From: Massalongia carnosa
Lineage: Eukaryota
DNA: 64,000 nucleotides
Assembly: GCA_965645245.1 (NCBI GenBank)
Contig: OZ287069.1
Span: 2,542,001-2,606,000 of the forward strand
Direction: 5' to 3'
Below, piece by piece: positions 48,257 to 61,064 of the stretch. Each line of letters opens with the position of its first letter. Positions within the stretch are counted from its first letter, which is position 1. The position numbers and the translations under genes are program-made. Below the pieces are notes generated by a model, which saw only the letters and a program-made list of their open reading frames with translations, was not told the origin of the DNA and ran no database searches.

Positions 48257-49391
48257 GAATCTGGGTCTTATGGGTTTTTAGGCGAGCGTGTTACTGTTGA
48301 GACCCTGCTTGTCTTCTCCACCTTGTAGGGACGTGGTACTCGGGATGGGTTCCTGGTGCTCTACCGCTGTATCTTCACACAATTGGATTCAGCGTTTTTC
48401 TTGCTTACGCGGTACATATCTCGTCAAGGTGTATCATAGTGGACGTGGCTTGTTATAGGCTAGGTGAAACGGGGTTCGGAATGGGAGTTCTTGGACAGCA
48501 TGGACCGGGGGATATGGCAACGGATGTCCAAGGACATAGCACGATCTGCGTCATTACAACACCTGCAAAGCATCATCGTAGCAAAAGCTCTTTTCTACCC
48601 ATAACGGAGATGCCGAGAACTGGGTAGTACTTAACGTCCCTATGGACTCGTAGAACAATATGCATCATCAGCCGCTCAGCCATGATGACTTTTGCGGGAA
48701 TATCCACCCAGCTGCACTTTCACCGCCTTAATCAGTTAGATAAGACGCATTGCATGGTGATTTTCAGCTTCAAGTAAACTTCCTGTGCAGGTTCGTCGAA
48801 AGAGGTAGACTTGACATTCTTGGTGCTTTCCCCCCAAGGGAAAACCAGTGTATGAGGTAGATCCGTGCGAAGCTAGCGATCGGCATGAAAGGATTACTAA
48901 ATTTGCTAGTAAAATGCAGAGGTATGCATGAGAACTCGCGCAATTAAAGGTGTTGGGGGCCAAGATGTGAAGCCGCCTTAGGCCCGGAGTAAGTCTTCTA
49001 GGTGAGGCTGAGCTTTGGCGAACTTGCAGGACGCCGGTGCCATCCAATCGAAAGCTTGTTCTTGCCCTTTCAGGCGTCCTATTGATGGAGCCGCATGAAC
49101 AGCTCCCCTATTTAGTGGTGGGCCAAGTGCGGCGACGTAGCTTCATGGATAGAGCACTAGAGATCTGCTAGTCAGTGTTTACTCTGTACTCTATTCATAA
49201 AGTCGTACATGATCCCCCGTTGAAACGGTTAACTAGCTATCACAAGAACACTCAAAGTATTTCGGCTACAGCTATTTCTCAATTCAGGCTTACTATTGTA
49301 CAAATCATTTGCTGTATCAATATATATCTGCGAGGGTGATATAAAGCTATCATCAAATTGACGCTGCGTGAACATCGCAGCAATCCGAATA

Positions 49392-52300
49392 ATGGACTTT
49401 GGTGCCGAAATCCAGGTTGCCGAAGACCCCGCGGAGGCCACAGCGCCTGAACCCATAAACAAGGCGAAGAAGCGCGTACCCCAAGCGAACGTGGACGAGT
49501 TCTGGACCAAGTTCAATACCGCGTTTCCGGGAAAGGTGCACACGATCTTACCTAAAGACGCCTATGCCCGAGCAAAAGCTGCCAAAAATCCCAAGGGTGC
49601 GGTGCACAGTCAAGGAGCCGGAAAATCGTACGAGGAGGCATCGGCCGAATGCGTCGCTGCCGTCGAGAAGATTGCCGCCGAATGCCGACGGGTGAACCTC
49701 AAGTATAGGGACCCACACTTTGACATCGAATGGGATTTGAAGCGCGGTCGCCGCGACTGCTTGAATGGGTTGGTGTCGAGTGACTGGGATCTCGCTCCCC
49801 GGTCGGTCAAACGTATTTCGGTATGAATTGGAATATCTTGCAGGCCCATAGCTTCTCGGGGATTTAACGGTCATTAGTATATATTCAATGATCCAGTTTT
49901 CTACCAGGAAGGTGCTAGCGCCAGCGACGTGCGCCAGGGAGGGAATGGCGATTGCTGGTTTATGTCTGCGCTCTGTGCGCTGGGAAACAAAAAAAATCTC
50001 ATCGACAAAGTTTGCGTGCATCGCGATGAGCAAGTAGGCGTGTATGGTTTTGTGTTCTATCGAGGTAGCAACAAGCGTCTGAAATGGTTGGAACGAATGA
50101 GGCTGACTTGGATTAGATGGGGAATGGATCCAAACGATTATTGATGACAAGCTATATCTCATTGCAGCTGATTTTGACGAAAGCGATGATGAAAAACGCA
50201 TGTGGCAACAAGTCAGTATGCAAGATCCAGAGGAAGAATATCGAAAATCATGCCAGAACGGCTCGCGTGCCCTGTTCTTTGCTCAATGCAGCAGCGAGAA
50301 CGAGACATGGCTACCTCTGCTTGAAAAAGCATATGCTAAAGCCCATGGTGATTTTAACTCTATTCAAGGTGGATTTACTGGGTTCGCCCCTTCCCTCCTT
50401 CCCTCCCCTATCGAAACCTGTCGTCTTGCTTGATTATCAGCTGACAATTCCTAGTGAGGCCATCGAGGATCTAACTGGTGGAGTAACTACTGAACTTTTC
50501 ACCTCCGACATACTCGACACGAACAAGTTCTGGACTGAGGAACTTTTAAAAGTCAACAAAGAGTTCTTGTTCAGCTGTTCGACTGGCATCTTTGATAATT
50601 GGCAAGGAACCGAGGATGATACCGAACGTAGAGGTATCAAGCCCATGCATGCATACTCTATTATGCAGGCTAGGGAATTAAAGGGAGAAAAGCTGCTGCT
50701 GGTTAGGTCCGTTCGCTCATCTCTCTCGATGACGCTCCAGAGTCTGACGTTACTTTAGAAACCCATGGGGCAAAAGTGAATGGACCGGTCCTTGGAGCGA
50801 CGGCTCTGAGCAATGGACACCGGAGTGGATGCAGCTTTTGGATCATAAATTTGGTGATGACGGCGTAAGGCTTATCCTGGAGAGCATTAGACCGGTAACT
50901 GATGTAGACAGATATTCTGGATCTCGTACAAAGATCTTCTACGCAAGTATCAGTGCTTTGATCGGACTCGGCTTTTTGGAAACGAATGGAATATTACACA
51001 GCAATGGACGACGATAGACGTACCTTGGTCGGCCGACTATAGCGACACTAAGTTTAGCATAACACTCACTAAGCAAAGCGCTGTTGTTATAGTTCTATCC
51101 CAAGTAAGTGAATCCCCTGGTACGCTGAATCATGGGTTTAACCTTGATTAGCTTGATGACCGCTACTTCCGGGGACTGGAAGGGCAATATTATTTTTCAC
51201 TGCACTTCAGGCTTCACAAAGACGGAGATTCTGACTACATCGTGCGGAGCCACGGCAATTATCTGATGAACAGATCTGTTAGTACAGATTTGGAATTGGA
51301 TGCGGGCACCTATTCGGTCCTCATGAAGATTACAGCCAAGCGATGGACAGGTGGATCCACTCCGGAGCATGTTATCAGGAACACTTGCAGATATAAGCAG
51401 GACAAGCTGATACAAATAGGACTAGCTTATGACCTTGCACATGCAAAAGGGCAAATCAAGGAAACAGCGGCCGAGAAACAGCTACGCAAAGAGCGAGAAG
51501 AGAAGAAGAAAGCCGCTGAAAAAATCAAGTGGCGCAAGGAGTTCCGCGAGCAGAAGTTTAAACTGTGGCAGATCAACGTAAAACAAAAGGCTCGGGAGAA
51601 GCGTCATGCGAGGAGGAAGGAAGAGCGGCATAGGAAAAGGGCTGATGCTGCAAAAGCCGCAGCTGTCCCAGAAGGCTCCGCTACGGGAGGAGCCGCACAC
51701 CCCGAATCTGATTTGACGCCGGAGAATCTAGCTGGAAGTGCTGCCCCTCCAAAGTATGATGCAGCACCCGATACTGCAGCTACAAATGATAGCAGCAATG
51801 CGGAGCAAGAGCCAACCCCCGCTAGCTCCCTTGAAACTAAAGCTCAGGAGCCCAGCTCTGAAGCTCAAGAGCCCAAATCTGAAGCGGCAGCACTACCATC
51901 ACCTCCTGCTGAATCGATTTCCTTGGAGCCTACCCAGGACCCGACTAGCGAAACCCCGATCGAAACATCAAGCGCCCACGAGCTTTCTCAAAATTTTCAC
52001 GCTGCCCTCCAAGCCATTCCTTCTGTCCTAATTAACGGCAGCTCTGCTCCGGCCTTCGATCCCGCGCCCCCTTCAACTGCTGCACCTCCATCCATAGCCG
52101 GTCCACCGGCTCTTGACTCGGACTACGATTCCGATGCCTCTTTTAACTCCTCCATCGATACTGATCTTGATTTCCCTTCTTCCCCCGTCATCTCCCCGGT
52201 CGATATTGCAGTCCCAGCTGTAGCAGAGAATGACGATGAATACGCAGAATTTGAAAACGATCCATGGAACGCGGTGTGTGTGGTGGGACTGAGAGTCTAC

Positions 52301-52480
52301 AGTAAAGACACGGAAATGTGTGTGGAGGTGGTGAGGCCCAAGGAAGATGATGAGTCGGAGTCGCCATTGGATGTGGATGACGTTAGCAAAGGAGCCAGCG
52401 GGGAGAAGGTGGAAGATCAGGTAGAGGAAGTTATAAAGAATCAGGCACAAGAAAAGGCTAAAGAAAAGGCGAATGAATAG
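49392..52480 (+). CDS. Calpain-like cysteine protease (peptidase C2), multi-exon
   Basis: Catalytic motifs QGGNGDCWFMSAL, LLEKAYAKAHG, EDLTGG, MHAYSI, RNPWG; C-terminal DPWNAVCVVGLRVYSKD. Confidence 0.92.
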
Positions 52481-52980
52481 TCAGAGGAGACACGTGATAG
52501 GAATGTCAGCGTTGGGATAAACCATTGTTGGAAAATTATTGAGGTGAGATTGCGATGATAGGATGGAGTAGCGATTAGTATGGAAAGTCAAAAGCTGTAG
52601 GAACTGTACGAGTCTATTCGGCCTTGTATCATGGTTGAGTCATTTACTTCTAAGAAGTAGAACAAAACGACCTTGCGCTTTTTTAAACAAAGACATTGTT
52701 GGGTGTTAGAAACCTCTTAGCCTGCCTATATCCATCGCTTTGAGTCCCTAAGGATAGAAAATGGGACTTGAAGGATAGCTCGCCGCATTTAACGCGTATA
52801 AATGAAAGCAATAGCGTAACTCACTAGACAACGGAACAAACCCTTCAACGGAACTAACTAAATTTCGCTTAGTCTTTGAAGCCTTCTTCCCACCCATTTT
52901 ACATACAATTCTACTCGTAGCTTCAATGACTATTATATGTAAAAATAACATTATATATGCATGCATGTCTCATAAAGCAG

Positions 52981-54921
52981 TCACATTTTGCTTGGTGGTC
53001 GGACAATGCGACCTCGTCGGGTTATTTTAACCATTTTCACCTCCTCCACTTCTACCTCTTTCACCCCTTCCACCACCTTCATCAACTCTACCTCTTTCAC
53101 CCCTTCTACTATCTCTTCCGCCTCTCTGATTGGTCGAAGCATGGGAGGGGGGAGTAATGATCTTTTGAAAGGACTAATAAGTGTTCTTTGTGAACTATCA
53201 GATGCTTTCTGAGGACTTTTCTGACCACTTTTAGTCGGGGATGAAGTGGACGTATGTCCTAGTAAATCAGGCCCAAATTGACACATTTCTCTGAATGTTT
53301 TGATAAGGTCCTGCTCGGCGCGTTTTATTTGTCCGGCCTTTCGTTTATCATCCTTCTCTTTCTGTTTATTTTTAGCCCATTGCTGTCTCTGTTGTACGTC
53401 TTCAAGGCTCAGTACTGGAACCTTTCCACCATAGTGAGCCCCGCTACGATTGGCTCGATGATGCCGCCGTACATTGGCCTGAAGAAGTTCGGTGTTGCTA
53501 ATTCGTAGCAAGGTAGAGTCGGCTGTCACCGTTCAACCACATTCACCCAAGGCCAATCAAAGGAAAGTACGGCATCTGCCGGCGCACTAACAGCTTCCGT
53601 TACTCAACCCTTTTAGCAATCATAGGGGCAATCAACGGAGGTCTGAAAGGACTGAAAGGGACGCGTCGGAACGACCTTCTAAAGCAAACACAAATGGATG
53701 AAAGGGACAAAGGACAGAAAGACTTTTTGACCAAACTGTTCACTTATTGATGAAGACATAAGCAGCTGGATCGGGCCAAGCGATTATCTATATAGACTCC
53801 TAGAGAGGGCACCCTTTGCTTGTTTCCTTTCTGCATCTTTGATATTTTCTAGTGCATAGCTTCCCAGTAGATATTCAATTCCACATCCTGGTAGAACCGT
53901 TACATCGGCAAAGGCATATTTGGCCCCTTTTATCAATTTATTTAAAGCTCGGGCGGGTGTCGAGTCCGAATTTTCATTCTTTCGAATTCGACAAACCAAC
54001 TGATTTATTTGATTGATATTTGCAGGTCGTCTTTTCTACTCCGATAATAGCTTCATGAGAGTTCTGAAGTGTTATCGGAGTACCAGGATGAGAAGCAGAC
54101 GCGATCTCCGTATCAATTCCAACACTAGAGCTTCTTGTGACAGTGGTAGTGGTGGTGATGGTGTTAATGCTATCAGTCTTTCGTAACACTGATTGTTTAT
54201 TAGTCAGTTTCTGAAGCACCAATGACGGATTGAATGGTACTAATCCGGTAGTTCTCCATGCAGTGAGTACGTTTTTCTCGCTGATTGCTTCCTTTCTTGC
54301 CTCTTGAATGATCTTCAAAAAGTCTATCTTGTCAATCGAGCAGACGTTGAACCGGGTGACGACCTCCAGTCGTTTTTTATACTCCCAGGACAGAGGCCCA
54401 AACACACTTACATCTAGAGGTTGTAGCATATGTGTTGTATGAGGAGGTAAACATAGTAAAATGATTTTCTTTTCATTGCAGAACTTGATGAATTCGGTAG
54501 AAATATGGGAAGCATGACCGTCTACCACAAGAAGTCGATATTCACCGTGTAAATATTTTGCAGTAGCAGGTTCAAAGCATTTTTTTCAACCAATCAAGGC
54601 CTAGTTCATTGTCGGTCCATCCATTTTCACTGGTAGCGATTTCACTTTTGACTGTCGTTCAAAACATCGTACCAGGCCTTCTGCTTGTTAACCCCTTTGA
54701 AAATGACGAAAAGTGGTAAACTTCGACCGGTGGTGCCAATGGCCTCAATTAATGACACCCATTCTCTGTTACCTGATTGTGCTGAAAAGGCTTGCTTTTC
54801 ATGTTTAGAAATTATTACTTTTGCACTACCGGCTACTCCCATCATAAATCCCTTTTCGTCCATGTTGTAAATGTCTTCATAGAGAATTCCGTGTTTTTGT
54901 TTGGTAGAAAGAAAGAGGTCA
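52981..54921 (-). mobile_element. Fot1/pogo-type transposase, catalytic and C-terminal part (frameshifted)
   Basis: IYNMDEKGF, GNREWVSLIEAI, SENGWTDNE, VDGHASH...LPPHTTHMLQPLDV (DD35D spacing), and a C-terminal TRRGRIVRPP. Several frameshifts. Confidence 0.9.
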
Positions 54922-55118
54922 GATAGATAGATAGATATATTCTTACGCCGATATGTCACCGGCCGAAGGCCGGCCCATGCGGGATGGACTACTATGCTAC
55001 AGGAAAACCTTTAAGAGGAATAAAACCCCATTGCCAACGCTGCGCGTACGAGGTCCCAACGACCTCCAGCTGTGCTGCTCGTGTGCTTTTTCGATGAGTC
55101 CCTTGAATGAAAAGAAAA

Positions 55119-58100
55119 TTATTGCTTGTATAGCAAGCTTGCCGATAAAGAAAATTGCGCCAAAACGCCAGCTTCGATAATCCATCTCGTTACCTGTTTC
55201 AATGTTTTGGATGTTTCGATTATCGTACGATACTCGTTGGTATTTATACGCCGAAACAGCTCTTGTCTTCCCGTCATTAATGGGCAGTGCATGATTACGT
55301 GTTTGGCCGTTTGCTGGGGCCAACCACAGCTGCAGGCCGCCGTCGTCACGTTGGGAACTCGTCGTTTAAATAGAAAACTTGCCAGACCTATTTTTTCCGT
55401 GCGAATTTGGGTAGCTAACGCGCTTTCCGCTTTTGCCAGATTGTCGTGTATTTTGATTCTTCCTTTGGTTAAGGAAGCGCGCTGTGCTTCGGTGGGAAAG
55501 GGTACGCGATCTTGATATGGTTTCCAGGTTGTCTGCCATTTCGTTTTGTAATGCGCTTTTGTGGCTTTCGTGTGAGCGCTGCGACTCATCCTTACTGCAT
55601 TGGCTGTGAGCATGTGTTGCTCCGTAGGCGTGATCCAGGGTGGGTGCGGCGTTGGGGCTGCGGTGGGTATGGCGCTGATCACTGTGTTTTTGGCCCATTC
55701 GTGCTTGAGCATTCCTGGGGTCGGTTTCGGGGATCTTTTCTTGCCCGCTTTTCCGCGCAACTTGCGTTCTATCTCCTTGCAGAAAGACGAGATGAGTCTC
55801 ATTTGCCCGGCGGTTCGTTGGCGATATCTCGCTTTGACTTGTAATTCTTCCAAATGCGATTCTATAGACGTCACGTGCGTTTCGGTTTCCAATACTGGAA
55901 TCGGGGTGGCCCGAAATGCACCCGTTATTGTTTGCAAGCACTTGTTTTGCATGACCGCCAGCTTGCTCGTCGCGGCTTTGCTTTTCCCTATTTCTTTCGG
56001 TGTGTGCCATACGGCGGATGCGTAGGTCATTGCCGGACGAACGACCACAATATAAACCTGTCTGGCCTTCGAGAACGAGGCTCCCCATGTGGACGCGGAG
56101 ATCCTGGTCAGTGCACCCGGTTGTTTCGTCATTTTTTCTTGAGTTTTCCGTACATGGGCTCCCCATCTCAGTTTGGTGTCGATTTGTAGACCCAGCACCC
56201 TGATATCCGGTTTGGGTTCGATCGTTTTTGTGCTTATCCTGATGGTGGCCGTCATGTCGAATTTTTTCGGATTTCTGGACAGATGAATAAGCTCGTATTT
56301 GCTCGGGGCAAACACGGAGCCGTGGCGTAAGGACCATCTCTCGCATTCCTTGTGAATTCTTTCTAGCGTTCTGCAGTTTTCCTCGGTGCTTTTGCCGTAT
56401 GCCAGAACGTTGACGTCGTCTACGAAGCCCAGTGAGCTTGAATTCGTGCCTGGTCTTTGACATATTTCCAGCAGGTCTGCGTTGTAGAATAAATATAGAA
56501 TCGGGGAAATGGGAGAGCCCTGGGGGATCCCTGTTCTCACATCGAATACGTCGGTGGTGCGTCGTTGGATCGTAAGCGTTGTCCTTCTTTCGCTCAAGAA
56601 GCTCTCGGTCCAATCGGTAATCCATTTGGGAATCTTCCTCTTTCGCAGATTGTGTATCAATCTTTGGTGAGATACGGTATCGAACGCTCCTGCTACGTCC
56701 ATGCTGAGCAGTGTTGCCACCTTGTCGTTGCCCTGGCCCCAGACCGTGTGCACCTGTTCCGTGAGAAGTTCCAGTGCCGATTCGGTGGATCTTCCTCTAC
56801 GAGCCCCCATCTGCATGTCGGGTAGCAGGTTGTTGCTCTCGGCCATGTGGGTGATTCTTCTTGCGATCACTGCTTCTAGTACCTTGCCCATTGTGTTCAA
56901 TAACGCTATCGGTCGATAGGCTTTCGGGGTCGTATAATCGTCTTTGCCCGGTTTTTTCAGCGTGATTGTGTTTGCGATTTTGAAGGCTCGGGGATGGTAC
57001 GCGAGCGTTACGCAGGCCTGATACAGTGGGGTGAGTAGGTCCGTTAGCTTCTCGGCGCATGCTTTTAGGATTCTGTTGGAAATGCCGTCCGGTCCGGACG
57101 CCTTGTCCGCACTGAGTCGTTGGATGTTCGTAAGAACCTCTTCTCTCGTTATTCTCTCTGGGCATTCGATTTCGGCGGGATAGAACGCTCCGGGTATGTC
57201 GCGTAGATCCGCCGGGGGCGGTGCTGGAAAGAAAGTGCTCTTAAGCATTTCGGATTTCTCTTCGAATGTGGACACTTTTTGATCGTTGAATTCGAGCGAT
57301 GGCATTTTCGGTACTTCGCGGCCTGCATTGCTCTTGTTTTTGGCCCATTTGGCGAGTTTCCAGATTCCCTGGGGCGATTCGGTGGCGCGGCTTATCTCTT
57401 TACGAAACGAGAGCGTTTTCGCTTTTTGAATTATCTTTTGTTTTTTGTCGTTCGCCATCATGTACGCTATCCAATCTTCCCTGAGATATGTGGCGCTCCA
57501 TATTCTGCGCATTCTGCGGGATTGCTTTGTGGCGTCGTTGCAATTCGGGATTCCAAAAGGGTTTGGCGTGTGCGCTTGGTTTCGCCCACGGGACGGAAGC
57601 GGCGATCACCCGCTGAAGAAACTTTTGTATGGCGTGAGTGTATTCGTCAATCTCCTCGCGCGAGCGTGGGTGACTCGTAGGGGGGGCGGTCTGCTCAGCC
57701 TCTCTTAGCTTTTCCATGTTCAGAAGCTTCCAGGCTCGGCGTTTGATGGGCGTAGGTATCTCGTAGCCTAGTAGGATGCGGGTAGATATCGGGATGTGAT
57801 CTGACGATTGATTCAAGTCGAGTCTCGTCTTGCAATGCTCTATTCTTTCTGCTAAGTATTCCGACATGAATACTAGATCTATGGTGCTGAACGACCCTCG
57901 AGCTTCCCACGTCACTGAGCCTTTGGGCAGTGTTAACGATAGGTCGTGATTCTCTACTAGATCTAGCAGATGGTCGGCTGCGGTGTGTTGAGTGGGCCTC
58001 GTAGGGCCGTTCCAGAGCGGGTGGTGTAGATTGAAATCGCCGATCACAACGTGTTCCGCCTCGGCGGCGAGTTGGCGACTCAATATCGGTATGGACGAAG

Positions 58101-58481
58101 GGCTATCTATGGACGAATAGGAGATTGGAGAAGGATTATACACGTTGTGTATATGCATTGTTTTCTCGTTTTTTGTTCTTTGATTTTTATTTTCAGCGTG
58201 CATATGTCCGACGAGGGAAACTCAATCTCCCAGCTTTCCGGATCGATTTTTTCGTTAATATAGAAGCACACTCTCGTGTCGCCACCTGGGCGATACAGAA
58301 GATGGAATCCACTTTGAAAGGAACTAAGCGTGGTCGGGCCGTTAGGGTTGCGCCACGGCTCTTGAATCGCTATTACATCGTAATTTTGTACTCTCTCATC
58401 TGCTAATAACGGTATCATGGTTGTTACGCGGTCATTTCTGACGTTGTACTGTAACATGTTGATAAAGTGTGTGTCCGTCAT
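55119..58481 (-). pseudogene. LINE ORF2 (AP endonuclease + reverse transcriptase + CCHC finger) with two frameshifts (~58180, ~57545)
   Basis: LQYNV..DVIAIQEPW, IGDFNLHHPLW, TIDLVF, SDHIPI; YRPIALLNT, DVAGAFD, GIPQGSPISP, GFVDD; CSCG..QTAKHVIMHC. No RNase H is evident. Confidence 0.92.
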
Positions 58482-58484
58482 AGA

Positions 58485-60137
58485 TCAGTTTCCATGTTTT
58501 TCCGTTTGCGGGGGAATCGTTTTCGGTTCCACATTGAGGGGGACTTCGGGGGGAGAGGGAGGGGAGGGGGGAATCGTAGAGGGGGCGCGGGGGGGGGGAT
58601 GGGTGGCTTCTGTCTCCGGCGCTGCTGATGCGGCGGGAGCCTGCTGCGCGGTTGCTACGTTTGGGGGTCTGCCCAGAGTTGGCTTGGCCATCGCTCTTTG
58701 CATATTGCTGAGTTTCATGATCTCGATGTCTTTCCACGCTCCTCCTTGGACGGGGCCGGGAGGGGCGGAGGACCGGGGGTTGGGCGTGGTGGGTGAGGCA
58801 GCGGTAGCTACCTTTCTCTTTTTGTTCGTGATTACTTTGTTTGGGGTGAACGGTGGCGGGGTGGGATTGCTGACGGTGTGTGGTGTCGTCGGGGCGGTGG
58901 GTGGGATCGTTGGGTTTTGAGTGAAGACGAAAGTGGGGACCGGCGTTGACTCGTTCACGGTGTACAGATATGCTTTGTTTTTTCTGGATTTTTCGATCTT
59001 TTTCTTCTCCAGTATTCTCACCTTGTAGTAAGGGGACCACGCGACGTGCCCCCGCGAGTCGCAGCCCGCGCAGGCTGCGGCTCCGCCTGTAATTTCTGCG
59101 TTGCATTCGTCCGTCAGATGTTCTCCGGCGCAGCGGCCGCATCTCGTAGGAAGCTTGCAGTATCTGCTTTTATGTCCATATTTGTAGCAGTTGAAGCACT
59201 GCATCAGTTTGTTTCCCTTTGAAAGCTTTTCGCAGTGCTTGATTTCGTAGTCCACCAGTAGGCCTTCCGTAATCAGGCGGTTTGCCATCGTTGGGGTTGC
59301 GACTTCCAGGCGTAATGTGGAATACAGTTTCTTTTCTCTGATTGCTTTGGTGGACCAGGAAATCTTCACGATCTTCAGATTCGGATGTAATCGTGCGTTT
59401 ACTGTGTGCAGATATTGAATTTCTCTGTCCTGATCGCTCGTTTGAACGTGTTCGACCTTTACGCCGCTTGCCTGCACTATGTAGGTTCTTCGTTGGACCA
59501 TCGCTGACGCGGCCATTCCGGTTAAGAACTCCGAACTTTCGCTCAGAGTCTTCTTGGCTTCAACTGATTCGGTGTGTATTCTTATGTCGCCACTTGCGAG
59601 TCTCGTTACTCCGTGTATTCCTGGAGCGTTTCTCTGCAACGTTTCGACCAATTCTTTGGTCGATAATCGTCTCAATTTATCCTTTTCTTCCTCGACCGGG
59701 ATGGTTACAGTGAACACCCTGGCCTGCGTCGCTTCGTTGACTGCCCGTTGCGTGAGGTCTGGCCTGTTGGGCCTTCCGGCGGTGGTCGACGTTGCGCGTC
59801 GGTCGCTCTCTTTACGAGCCCCCTCCGCGGCGGCGCCTGCATAGCTTTGGGGGCTTTTCGCGATGGGTTTTCCTTTCTCGATGCGTTCTAGCGATTGTTT
59901 TATCTCCCGCAGGTTGCTCGAGACGTCGCCCTGTTCGTTGGAGGGTTCGTCGTCTTCTATTAGTTGTTGCGTTTGGAACGCGTTTCTTGCTTCAAGCAAT
60001 AGACGTAACGCGTCCGGGTCGCCCACTTTTCCTACACGATTCAAGTACGATTCGATACTGGTTTGTAAAGAGTCTCTGGTTTTCCTATGATTATTCTTGC
60101 GTTGCACGTGGTCGTTTTCAGTTTCGTCGTGCGTCAT
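58485..60137 (-). CDS. LINE ORF1 (gag-like, Zn knuckles), intact 550 aa
   Basis: ATG at 60137 after an A-run; CFNCYKYGHKSRYC, CGRCAGEHLTDEC, CAGCDSRGH. Confidence 0.9.
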   Translation of the reverse strand: MTHDETENDHVQRKNNHRKTRDSLQTSIESYLNRVGKVGDPDALRLLLEARNAFQTQQLIEDDEPSNEQGDVSSNLREIKQSLERIEKGKPIAKSPQSYAGAAAEGARKESDRRATSTTAGRPNRPDLTQRAVNEATQARVFTVTIPVEEEKDKLRRLSTKELVETLQRNAPGIHGVTRLASGDIRIHTESVEAKKTLSESSEFLTGMAASAMVQRRTYIVQASGVKVEHVQTSDQDREIQYLHTVNARLHPNLKIVKISWSTKAIREKKLYSTLRLEVATPTMANRLITEGLLVDYEIKHCEKLSKGNKLMQCFNCYKYGHKSRYCKLPTRCGRCAGEHLTDECNAEITGGAAACAGCDSRGHVAWSPYYKVRILEKKKIEKSRKNKAYLYTVNESTPVPTFVFTQNPTIPPTAPTTPHTVSNPTPPPFTPNKVITNKKRKVATAASPTTPNPRSSAPPGPVQGGAWKDIEIMKLSNMQRAMAKPTLGRPPNVATAQQAPAASAAPETEATHPPPRAPSTIPPSPPSPPEVPLNVEPKTIPPQTEKHGN

Positions 60138-60185
60138 TTTTTTTTTTGTTATTGGGCGCGTCAGAACCTCGCTATACTTACTCGG

Positions 60186-60683
60186 AAGAAAGAGGTCAAA
60201 CCAATGCTGAAAAATCTCTTCATTCTCCGCGAATAAACGATCTTGATCCAAGGTGCGACTGTATTTAGCCTGCATATCGGAATGACGATTCAAAAAATGC
60301 TGTTGCCAATTGACCCCCAATGCAGTATGATTTCCCCTAGCTCTTAATAACTCGATGGCCATCTGACGTAACTGAGCGATTTTAGCAGGCTAGCCCCAGG
60401 CATACAATTGAAGAAGCCAATTCTTCAAAGCGTTCTCCTCCTCGAATCTCAACAGTTGTTTGATTTGATCCGGAGTAAATCGTGGTTGACGGCCATGAAT
60501 GCGAGAATAGAGAGTAGTCTTCGAAACAGCGTATAAACTAGCTGTCTTTGTGATGGAAAGAGCTCCATCAGCTTGTTTCCAAGCCAGAAGGGCTGATTGG
60601 ACGCGTTGTTCATATGTGGAGGGGGGTGAAGGATGGAAGGACTTGGAGGTTTTGTGTGAGGCGGATTTTTTACAAACACCCAT
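60186..60683 (-). mobile_element. Fot1/pogo transposase N-terminal DNA-binding part (psq-type HTH + CENP-B HTH), with an in-frame TAG at 60390-60392
   Basis: LSITKTASLYAVSKTTLYSRIHG, LRFEEENALKNWL..WG*PAK..LRQMAIELL..LGVNWQQHFLNRH..SRTLDQDR..WFDLFL. The TIR was not identified. Confidence 0.88.
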
Positions 60684-61064
60684 TATAACAATCTTCAAAT
60701 GATGAGTGTGTTCAATTATGATGTTTAAAGCTAGATTTGTATGAAAAATGTATGAGGTGAAGGCTTCAGCATCTGAGGTGGCTTTCGGGTCCCTCATCAG
60801 GCACAATTTTTGTTTGCATCCTCTTACGAGGCCTATCTTTTCATTGATGCTTCTGCCTTGTGCGAAGTTTTGAAGAAGAGTTACAGTACCAGGACATAAG
60901 TCTCCGCGAGATGGGGGTTTTACACCAAAACCCATCATGTTCACACACCGATAAAATTGCCTTTTCAGTCTACAAATTCTTGGAATTAAAAATTATTATG
61001 AAGAATCAGTTGAATTATCTTTTGATCAACTCAGATTTAATTTATATTATCAAGTAGTAATGTT

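Larger units (their letters stand above)
54922..60185 (-). mobile_element. Tad1-like non-LTR retrotransposon (LINE), 5264 bp, inserted in the pogo transposase; 13-bp TSD AAGAAAGAGGTCA at 54909-54921 and 60186-60198
   Basis: ORF1 and ORF2 are present, the 3' tail is (TATC)4, the flanking direct repeats are exact, and the transposase reading WFDLFL|STKQKH is restored on removal. Confidence 0.95.

Noticed and set aside
1646..52480. Functional gene cluster (e.g. telomere/cell-cycle: rap1, kar9, cdc28)
   Set aside because: The genes are dispersed among unrelated housekeeping loci, with no backbone enzyme or shared motif.
52812..52860. Pogo TIR candidate (TA-GCGTAACTC, CAACGGAAC repeated twice)
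   Set aside because: No convincing inverted partner near 60700-61000; only a 7-nt match at ~60880.
55366..56625. 419-aa alternative-frame ORF in LINE ORF2, and 58432-59142 in ORF1
   Set aside because: No recognisable motifs; explained by the codon bias of the overlapping real ORF.
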